36,823 bases of DNA from a virus, in the IMG/VR virus record IMGVR_UViG_3300009083_000001, positions 1 to 36,823 of that record. One strand, 5' to 3'. Shown here piece by piece: positions 26,303 to 32,514 of this stretch (position 1 is its first letter; the number at the start of each line of letters is the position of its first letter). The position numbers and the translations under genes were made by a program. The notes beneath the pieces are model-generated. The model did not search any database. It had not been told where the DNA came from and saw only the letters and a list, made by a program, of their open reading frames with translations.

Positions 26303-26613
26303 TCGTCTTTACTCCAGCTCATGATCATGCTCCAGCTCCATCCCCTGCTCTTGCTCGCGCCCCTGCCCCTGCTCCTGCTCCCGCTCCTGCTCCCGCTCCT
26401 GCTCCTGCTCGCGCTCCAGCTCCATCCCCTGCTCTTGCTCTTGCTCCCGCTCCTGCTCCTGCTCATGCTCCCGCCCCAGCTCCAGCTCTTGCTCCAGCTC
26501 CAGCTCCTGATCGCGCTCCAGCTCCAGCTCTTGCTCAAGCTCAATCTCGCGCTCCCGCTACAGCTCTTGCTCCCGCTCCAATCAGAGTACCCGGACAACA
26601 AAGCTGCGTTCAT
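26299..26613 (-). CDS. Basic Trp-rich (Ser-X)n dipeptide-repeat protein, copy 2
   Basis: 104 aa, ...KSWSWSAIRSWSWSKSWSWGGSMSRSRSGSKSKSRGWSWSASRSRSGSRSGSRSRGRG... The ATG overlaps the stop of the 198-aa gene (ATGA), with AAGGA 9 nt upstream. The Glu-X frame carries a stop here, so this frame is the conserved one. Confidence 0.65.
   Translation of the reverse strand: MNAALLSGYSDWSGSKSCSGSARLSLSKSWSWSAIRSWSWSKSWSWGGSMSRSRSGSKSKSRGWSWSASRSRSGSRSGSRSRGRGASKSRGWSWSMIMSWSKDE
26311..26579. repeat. Hexanucleotide-periodic array (plus strand GCTCNN)
   Basis: Direct reading. Same repeat type as 25733-25990 but with substantially diverged unit order. Confidence 0.9.
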
Positions 26614-27206
26614 TTTGGGGTCCTTGGAAGCGCGATACTATTTGGCCAATCAACTGCATCAATAATGGCGCCGCGTCCGACGATGCATTGGCCTTTAATT
26701 GGCTCGACCTCGCTAACTTCACCAGTCTCAAGCGCTTTGTGATATCTGCCAGTGTCCGCAATCCAAGCGGCGTCTTCTAATAGAAGTTCCTGCTGATGCA
26801 CGGCAACAAGTCTACCCGTGTAGTAGTGGGTGACAGTTCGGATGAGGTATGGAGCGCCTATTTTATAGGGATGAGAGGCCGCCTCAGCAACTTGCTCGCC
26901 GCCAATATCGATTGACCCCCCACTCGGCTGTGAATCTAACACCAATTCCGCCAAAACCTTTTCCCACACCTCTTGATGACAATCGCGCTCACCGCCTGCC
27001 GTCATCTTGCCGACAGGTATGCGCAGAGCGCCCGGTACTTTGTCTAGTTTCGTTTGGGGCGTAGGGCCGTAAAAAAGCTCTCCGAGCCCGCGCGACGTGC
27101 CGCATTGCCTTATGTTCGCGCCACCACGAATGACATAATAGCCGTCTTCTATCGTCGTATCGCCGACGTAAACCCAAGGCTCCGCGAATACTGTAATCTT
27201 GATCAT
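26610..27206 (-). CDS. Two-domain conserved phage protein of unknown function (partner of the Ser-X repeat gene)
   Basis: 198 aa. The N-terminal half has YVIRGGANIRQCGTSRGLGELFYGPTPQTKLD. The C-terminal half has YLIRTVTHYYTGRLVAVHQQELLLEDAAWIADTG. Both resemble the 93-aa protein at 28030-28311. GGAG lies 9 nt upstream. Confidence 0.7.
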   Translation of the reverse strand: MIKITVFAEPWVYVGDTTIEDGYYVIRGGANIRQCGTSRGLGELFYGPTPQTKLDKVPGALRIPVGKMTAGGERDCHQEVWEKVLAELVLDSQPSGGSIDIGGEQVAEAASHPYKIGAPYLIRTVTHYYTGRLVAVHQQELLLEDAAWIADTGRYHKALETGEVSEVEPIKGQCIVGRGAIIDAVDWPNSIALPRTPK

Positions 27207-27349
27207 GCGACTTTCTCCCCGTTAAATTTCAGAAGCGACATACGCTATATAGTTTGCAAGAATTTCTAGCTGCTCTCTCTGCTTTTAGACCCATAGCTCC
27301 CAGCATATTAGGTTCGCAATGAGGCGCTTGTCGTTGTGCGGGTCAGATG

Positions 27350-27715
27350 TCATTCAATTCTCCCTTCCGCCGGGGGGCTTTTTTCTAATCTCTCAATTAG
27401 GGCGTCAGCGTAACTTGCAGCATTCGCACCAATCGCTTCACGGCCAGTAACATGCTTCTGGTAAGAGCCTTTTGATCCGTCGCTAGTAAACTCATTAAGC
27501 ATTTCTTTGTTTGAATACACGGCAGCAAGCAGACCCTGCATCGCCATTGCTGCGAACAGCTCGCGTTTGGTTAAGCCCACGGCTGGATACCCGCCGGGTA
27601 GATTCGTCGCTACCATCTCTTCCGCTGCTACAAGCTTTGCCTTCGTTGCAGCTAGCTCGGCCAGCGCAGCGTCAAGCGCAGCGCGCAAGGCCTCAATGGT
27701 ATCTTGGTCAGTCAT
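27350..27715 (-). CDS. Hypothetical protein (N-terminal Ala-rich helix; TKRELFAAMAMQGLLA motif)
   Basis: 121-aa ORF. Its ATG comes immediately after the TGA of the Gly-X repeat gene. Confidence 0.6.
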   Translation of the reverse strand: MTDQDTIEALRAALDAALAELAATKAKLVAAEEMVATNLPGGYPAVGLTKRELFAAMAMQGLLAAVYSNKEMLNEFTSDGSKGSYQKHVTGREAIGANAASYADALIERLEKSPPAEGRIE

Positions 27716-28042
27716 TCATTTATCCCACTCGTCACAGGAACCGGAACCGTAACCGAAACCGGAACCGTAACCGGAACCGTCACCGCAACCGAAACCGGAA
27801 CCGTAACGGTAACCGAAACCGGAACCTTCACCAGAACCGTCGCCGTCACCGAAACCGGAACCGTCACCGAAACCGAAACCGTCACCGCAACCGAAACCGC
27901 AACCGGAACCGTCACCTGATCCTAGACCAGAGCCGTTGCCAGAACCGAAACCGGAACCTTCACCAGAACCGTCGCCGTAACCGTAACTGTCACCGTCGCC
28001 AGAACCGAGGCCGTAACCGTAACCGTGGTTTACTGAGACCAT
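27716..28042 (-). CDS. Acidic aromatic (Gly-X)48 dipeptide-repeat protein
   Basis: 108 aa: MVSVNH + 48 dipeptide units + CDEWDK. 46 of 48 units start with Gly. X = S15, D9, Y8, F8, C3, E2, L2, N1. Gly is encoded by GGT, GGC and GGA, which argues for selection at the protein level. Its start overlaps the upstream gene and its stop abuts the next ATG. Confidence 0.65.
   Translation of the reverse strand: MVSVNHGYGYGLGSGDGDSYGYGDGSGEGSGFGSGNGSGLGSGDGSGCGFGCGDGFGFGDGSGFGDGDGSGEGSGFGYRYGSGFGCGDGSGYGSGFGYGSGSCDEWDK
27737..28027. repeat. Hexanucleotide-periodic array (plus strand NNNACC; minus strand GGT-NNN)
   Basis: Direct reading: ggaaccgtaaccgaaaccggaaccgtaacc... At least four frames are open across it. 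Confidence 0.9.
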
Positions 28043-28311
28043 ACCCTCACCCCCTCAATCGAAGCCCTCGCTTTATCGGTCACGTCCAAAATCTCAATCG
28101 CTTGTAAAAGCTCAACGCGGGAAACAGCGACCGGAAACTTGCACGTGTCGGGCGACGATGTCCCATCGACGGCCATCTGTGAAAGGCTCGCGGCACCCGT
28201 CCAAAACCACAAGCGTCTAGCGTTAAGCAAAACAACTTCCTGACCACTTCGCGACTCTAGTTCACCTGCAAAAACACCTGCCGACTGCGTTCTAACGATT
28301 ACATACTTCAT
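28030..28311 (-). CDS. Conserved small phage protein of unknown function (partner of the Gly-X repeat gene)
   Basis: 93 aa, MKYVIVRTQSAGVFAGELESRSGQEVVLLNARRLWFWTGAASLSQMAVDGTS...CKFP. I recall this motif pattern from many small phage hypothetical proteins but cannot name the family reliably. Confidence 0.7.
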   Translation of the reverse strand: MKYVIVRTQSAGVFAGELESRSGQEVVLLNARRLWFWTGAASLSQMAVDGTSSPDTCKFPVAVSRVELLQAIEILDVTDKARASIEGVRVWSQ

Positions 28312-28330
28312 GCTTTCCCCTTTTTATTTA

Positions 28331-28561
28331 TTACGGCGTCATCTTTCTCTTCAGCCTTTCAACATCCAGATGCAGCCGCAATATGTCGGTTATCTTGTCG
28401 GCGCAGTTGCACGCCGCATTCACGGTGTCAGGTGTGCAGTCTTGATCAGTGACCCTGTTCATCAGACCTTCAAGGGTTTTGACGACGCGCTTTGTATCGA
28501 ATGTCTCGGCATCGACTACTGCGGGATTTCTCTGCTCGATCTTCGTCACCTTGTTACTCAT
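28331..28561 (-). CDS. Hypothetical protein
   Basis: 76-aa ORF. Its start overlaps the stop of the upstream gene. Confidence 0.55.
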   Translation of the reverse strand: MSNKVTKIEQRNPAVVDAETFDTKRVVKTLEGLMNRVTDQDCTPDTVNAACNCADKITDILRLHLDVERLKRKMTP

Positions 28562-29355
28562 CTTTCCTCCAATATTTTTTCAACGCTTCGACGCACATTG
28601 CGTCCATGCAGCCACCTTTGAAATTTAGCGAGCGACTCAATTGCTGCGCGGAGGTGCTTGGGAACCTCGTCCCTCAGATGACGTTCAACATCAATCCATA
28701 GCGCCACTATGCGCGGCCCGTTCGAACTCTCACGGAAAGACGTGAGGTAGTAGGGGCAAGAACTTTTCACGTAGTGAATCGCAATATATTGGCTCAGTCC
28801 GTTAACGCACCCGGAGCCGAAACCGAATTTTTTTGACCAGAGCGATCTCATCGCGCCTTTGTTCGCGCCCGGACGATTGAAATACTTGGCTTGCTTGACA
28901 AGCGACACAAGCCCACCCATTTTAGCCCCGTCAAGTAACTGAGGGGCAGTCCAGCAAACTTGACGGGGCTTATAGCCAAGTCTCTTAAATTTTTGGTCGG
29001 TGATGCTACGGATGCAGACATCTGGGAACCTCTTCTGTGTTTTGATCTTTCCGTGCTTTTCGTAGTACCCGCACACTTGTGCAACCGTCTTGTCCGAGTA
29101 TCTGAAAGCATTTATATTGACGCCGTTTTGCTTAGCCCACCTGTCGATGTTTGAATCAGAAGTACCAACCTCCTTCGCTAGTTCGCTGATGAACATGGTT
29201 CCCGCAAGTTTACGCGCCTTACGTTCCTGCTCTAGCGTCAGGTTCCCAGCAGGTCTTTTGCGGAGCTGCGCCGCGCAGGAGACGCACCATTTTGCGTTGT
29301 GATGCTTTTGCTTCGGCTTTGTCTTACAGCGCGGGCAGTTCATAACTTGATCCAT
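28558..29355 (-). CDS. Zinc-ribbon plus HTH-like protein, function unknown
   Basis: 265 aa. N-terminal CPRC...CVSC, then an HTH-like segment ISELAKEVGTSDSNIDRWAKQNG. Overlaps the 3' end of the sigma gene. Confidence 0.55.
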   Translation of the reverse strand: MDQVMNCPRCKTKPKQKHHNAKWCVSCAAQLRKRPAGNLTLEQERKARKLAGTMFISELAKEVGTSDSNIDRWAKQNGVNINAFRYSDKTVAQVCGYYEKHGKIKTQKRFPDVCIRSITDQKFKRLGYKPRQVCWTAPQLLDGAKMGGLVSLVKQAKYFNRPGANKGAMRSLWSKKFGFGSGCVNGLSQYIAIHYVKSSCPYYLTSFRESSNGPRIVALWIDVERHLRDEVPKHLRAAIESLAKFQRWLHGRNVRRSVEKILEER

Positions 29356-29924
29356 CTAATTTGAAGTTTCGAATACTCTTCATCGTCCTTGTAAGTGTCG
29401 GCTACTTCGCTGAGGATCGCGCATCTCTGGATCTCTTTCTCGATGCCCCGAAAAAGCTGGCTGATTCTTGCTGCGCTCACTCCGAGGAGATCCGCGATCT
29501 CTTGCGGACTCATCTCGAAGTCGTATCTCAGTTCCGCGATGAGGGAATTTCGTCCTCTAAAAGATACTCGATCTCGCCAGTCCGCTCCGAAAGGTCTTGG
29601 ATCTCTTCCAGGAGCAGCGATGACTGAATATAGAGTGTTTTGATTTTCGCCTGATATTGGTTGGTCAAGCGAGACGGCACCGTGGATGGCAGCTGACTTA
29701 GCCCTTCCTCCAGAAGTGCTGCGTACCCCTGTGCGACCATACTGTGCCCGTAAATAGTCGATAAAAAGTTGTTCAAGGCTCGCTTTGCGGCCGGCGAGCA
29801 TTGCGATAACTGCTTCTTGAGCAAAGTCATCTGCTTCGTTTGGACGTTTGTATTTTCTGGCAACACTCCTGGCCCTCGCTTGCAATTGGTTAATCTCATA
29901 ATTTTCGCTTTCTCTAGTTTTCAC
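29340..29924 (-). CDS. Sigma-70 family (ECF-like) RNA polymerase sigma factor
   Basis: 194 aa. Region-2-like ADDFAQEAVIAMLAG. Region-4 HTH LIAELRYDFEMSPQEIADLLGVSAARISQLFRGIEKEI. Confidence 0.75.
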   Translation of the reverse strand: MKTRESENYEINQLQARARSVARKYKRPNEADDFAQEAVIAMLAGRKASLEQLFIDYLRAQYGRTGVRSTSGGRAKSAAIHGAVSLDQPISGENQNTLYSVIAAPGRDPRPFGADWRDRVSFRGRNSLIAELRYDFEMSPQEIADLLGVSAARISQLFRGIEKEIQRCAILSEVADTYKDDEEYSKLQIRWIKL

Positions 29925-29927
29925 TAG

Positions 29928-30623
29928 TCAACCACCTATATTTCCTGCCAACTGCCTTCTCGTGATCTCAAGCGCGTTATCAGCACGCGCCACCATGTCT
30001 GCCCGCTGCTGTTTCAAATCCGCAATCTTGGCTTCAAGTAATCGCTTCTGCTCGTCCGTCATCTGCGGAGCTTCAGGCAAAAGTATTCGGTGCCTCCTCT
30101 TCGCTTCCCCAATTACCTCCGACGCCCCAACCGTCTTTTCAGGGAGAGTCCCCCTCTCGATGACACCGGTCTTCAGATACACACCAGCGATGTCCCGAAT
30201 CTGTGCCCGCGCTGAGACCTGATTTTCGCCACTACGATCGACGACAGCGTTCCACCCACCGGATCTACCAACTACCTCCCATGCGGCGATTCCAAGGGCC
30301 ATTCTGACAGCCTCAGGGGTGGTTGTGTTTCCGGGTGGTATCTCACCAAACTGTCCAACCGCTGTTAAGATCCGTTCTGCGATCATCTTCGCCTCGTCTT
30401 CAGGCGTCAGCTCAGCCCTCCCCATCTCGGCCTTCACTTCGGCAACGGTGGGGAAGCGGCGAGCTGACTGAAGCAGCTTGCCAAGCGCCTCACACACGTT
30501 GTCAGCACCCAGCAGAAACAAATGCTTCGCCGTAAACTCAAGCCGGAGCGGACTGACTTTCTCGTTAGACGCTTCAGCCAGTAGTCCCAAAAGAATCATC
30601 AGGTCCTCAAAACTTGCCGCCAT
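29928..30623 (-). CDS. Replication-associated protein with a G39P-like (helicase loader type) N-terminal pattern
   Basis: 231 aa. VCEALGKLLQSARRFPTVAEVKAEM resembles the ..AL......skFPPs.aei signature I recall for SPP1 G39P-type loaders. Adjacent to the organiser-like gene. Confidence 0.35.
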   Translation of the reverse strand: MAASFEDLMILLGLLAEASNEKVSPLRLEFTAKHLFLLGADNVCEALGKLLQSARRFPTVAEVKAEMGRAELTPEDEAKMIAERILTAVGQFGEIPPGNTTTPEAVRMALGIAAWEVVGRSGGWNAVVDRSGENQVSARAQIRDIAGVYLKTGVIERGTLPEKTVGASEVIGEAKRRHRILLPEAPQMTDEQKRLLEAKIADLKQQRADMVARADNALEITRRQLAGNIGG

Positions 30624-31521
30624 TAGCTTCGAGCTCCCTTTTCAGTTTCTCAGTAACAGAGGCAAATACCTGCGCTTGCGCTTGTCCCTTATCTGCGTCC
30701 CGCGCTTCAGAGCTCGTAACTCGGTAACCGGCGAGCCACTGAGTGTGGAGCCCACGTGCATCCGACACACACAGCCCGAGGTCGTGCGTTTTCGTGATGT
30801 AAAAAGAGTTATTGTGCGTAAGGAAGAATTTTACGACGCCTACGGCGCCGTCGCCGCCTAGAATCTTGACTAGCTGTTTGCAGTGCGTGTTGACCTTGGC
30901 GTCCCGGACAGGCTCGACACGATACCGGGAAAAGTAAGCCGACCTATAGGACTGCCAAACGTCAGCACCGACCGGTTCGCGAAGTTCAAGGTCCGAGGGG
31001 GCCGCGACGCAAGGAGCGAAGGTTTGTTCTGATTGAGAATTAAGATTAAGAGTAAGAGTAAGAGGAAGAGGAAGAGCGTTCGGTTTTTTTGGGTTTGCTT
31101 GCTTTTGCTTGCGTTTGCTTCGGTTTTGCTTCGAGGAATTTGTCGCATTTTCAGGGATTGCTGTTCCTTTTTTAGACAGCCTTACCTCCGCGCTTTTTTT
31201 GCCACCTGCACTCGCTGACTTCTTTCTCTCAATCATCCATTCGCTTTTTGATTTAGTTCCGCGGACATACACGCCGCCGGATTGTATTTCTGCAAGGTTG
31301 CAATCAATTAGCGCGCTAAGTCCGGCTTCGCGAAAAAGGTCGATAGGGATGTTTTTTCGGCCTTGTTTCCAGAAGTCCTGCGCTAATCGCCAGGCTCTTA
31401 AGGACATCCCGTCGGCCATGTCTTCGCGCGACACCGGCAGCTCTGCGATAGCTTCTATCAACCGCTTGCGCCGGTTCAGAATATCGATGAACCAATCGTC
31501 ATCGACGTTGATACGAGCCAT
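30607..31521 (-). CDS. Putative replication initiation / organiser protein
   Basis: I prefer the ATG at 31521 (MARINVDDDWFIDILNRRK), 5 nt after GAGG; the track ORF starts at TTG 31656. It has a Lys-rich central linker and a C-terminal domain WQSYRSAYFSRYRVEPVRDAKVN... Confidence 0.4.
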   Translation of the reverse strand: MARINVDDDWFIDILNRRKRLIEAIAELPVSREDMADGMSLRAWRLAQDFWKQGRKNIPIDLFREAGLSALIDCNLAEIQSGGVYVRGTKSKSEWMIERKKSASAGGKKSAEVRLSKKGTAIPENATNSSKQNRSKRKQKQANPKKPNALPLPLTLTLNLNSQSEQTFAPCVAAPSDLELREPVGADVWQSYRSAYFSRYRVEPVRDAKVNTHCKQLVKILGGDGAVGVVKFFLTHNNSFYITKTHDLGLCVSDARGLHTQWLAGYRVTSSEARDADKGQAQAQVFASVTEKLKRELEANGGKF

Positions 31522-31636
31522 AGGGACCTCAGTTTTAGAAATTGGAGAATAGAGGAGTGCTTCAAGCCCGGGGGTAACCCAGGCTTGTTGCGACGAAGAT
31601 GTAACTGACTCGAACATGTTTGCCACGCTGGCTAAG

Positions 31637-31657
31637 CGTGGCTGGTCGGATAGCAAG
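31637..31657. promoter_or_regulatory. 21-bp conserved element, copy 1 (CGTGGCTGGTCGGATAGCAAG)
   Basis: Matches 32211-32231 at 20/21 positions in the same orientation. Lies 116 nt upstream of the ATG at 31521 on the minus strand. Confidence 0.45.
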
Positions 31658-31661
31658 GACA

Positions 31662-31690
31662 GCTTTAGGGCAGAGGGGCGGAGGTGTCAA
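31662..31690 (-). promoter_or_regulatory. Sigma-70-like promoter candidate (TTGACA, 17-nt spacer, TAAAGC)
   Basis: Minus-strand reading gives a perfect -35 with 17-nt spacing to a weak -10. The 21-bp element lies just downstream. Confidence 0.3.
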
Positions 31691-31741
31691 GGCTCGTAAC
31701 ACTCATTGACTTAATAGGCAAAACGGCCCACCGACTATTTT

Positions 31742-32089
31742 TCACTGCCTTTTCAAAGAGTAACCATAATCTTTGGCTACGATTTTAAGTGCATCGATAG
31801 GCGTGAGATTCAATTTCGGAGGCAGTGGGGTGGGCTCGCTTGGAAGAGCAAACAGGTCCTTAACATCTACTGCTAGATATCTCGCGATGGCATCGAGATG
31901 CTTGGTCGGAAGAGTGCCGCCAGCAATCCAACGGCTTACCATCGTTTGCTGCACATTTAACGATTCAGCCAAATCCTTGCGACCAAAGCCCTGCCTATCG
32001 CAAAGCTTTGCGAGATTCATCCCAAATAGTTTTCTTGCAGTATCCATCCGAAGACCAAAATTAAGCCGGGGGAATAATAGCCTACTCAT
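31742..32089 (-). CDS. XRE/Cro-CI-type helix-turn-helix transcriptional regulator
   Basis: 115 aa. FGMNLAKLCDRQGFGRKDLAESLNVQQTMVSRWIAG is a classic HTH_3 pattern. AGGAAG lies upstream of the ATG at 32089. Divergent from the recombination block. Confidence 0.8.
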   Translation of the reverse strand: MSRLLFPRLNFGLRMDTARKLFGMNLAKLCDRQGFGRKDLAESLNVQQTMVSRWIAGGTLPTKHLDAIARYLAVDVKDLFALPSEPTPLPPKLNLTPIDALKIVAKDYGYSLKRQ

Positions 32090-32210
32090 CGGTTAACTTC
32101 CTAAGTTAATTAACTAAACTTAATAGTTCAGTTTTTATATTGCTAATCCAGTCAATATTTGGCAAATAAAGGCTGGTTACTATGAGCAAAGTAATTGATA
32201 GGCAAACAAC

Positions 32211-32231
32211 CGTGGCTGGTTGGATAGCAAG
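32211..32231. promoter_or_regulatory. 21-bp conserved element, copy 2 (CGTGGCTGGTTGGATAGCAAG)
   Basis: Lies 122 nt upstream of the HTH gene ATG on the minus strand. On that strand it contains TATCCA, 16 nt after TTGAAG. Confidence 0.45.
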
Positions 32232-32272
32232 CGACCTCGATGCTTCAACATCGAAGACACAGTAATGCACAG

Positions 32273-32286
32273 GCGAATGGATTCGC
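32273..32286. promoter_or_regulatory. Inverted repeat GCGAAT-GG-ATTCGC (operator candidate)
   Basis: Perfect 6-bp arms in the divergent control region. The motif CAGGCGAAT recurs at 32412. Confidence 0.3.
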
Positions 32287-32514
32287 AAATTTCAGTGATT
32301 ACGACTTTTAATTTAGTCGTTACACAGGGGCTTCAATTCTTGGCCGGATTAGGCCCCTTATATTCTCACTCGCAGTTGATATCTAGCAATATTCTACATC
32401 CTGTCGACGTTGCAGGCGAATACGCCAAATTACCCAGGTGCAATACATGCAGAAAGGTGCCCACAAACATGCCTAAAGCAAAACTCAAAATTGAATTCAT
32501 TTACGAGGTCGCCT

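Noticed and set aside
25733-28027. The three repeat arrays might be CRISPR arrays or iteron-type replication origins.
   Set aside because: The period is 6 nt with no spacers, and there are no 20-40-bp units or leader. The arrays sit inside ORFs whose starts and stops are coupled to neighbouring genes.
27511-28107. Other open frames lie over array 3: an Asn-Arg frame (27511-28107, plus), a Thr-Gly/Val-Thr frame (27704-27919, plus) and a Val-Pro/Ser frame (27712-27915, minus).
   Set aside because: They overlap the flanking real genes antisense or out of frame and have no RBS or coupling. Only the Gly-X frame spans exactly the gap between neighbouring genes and shows synonymous Gly codon variation.
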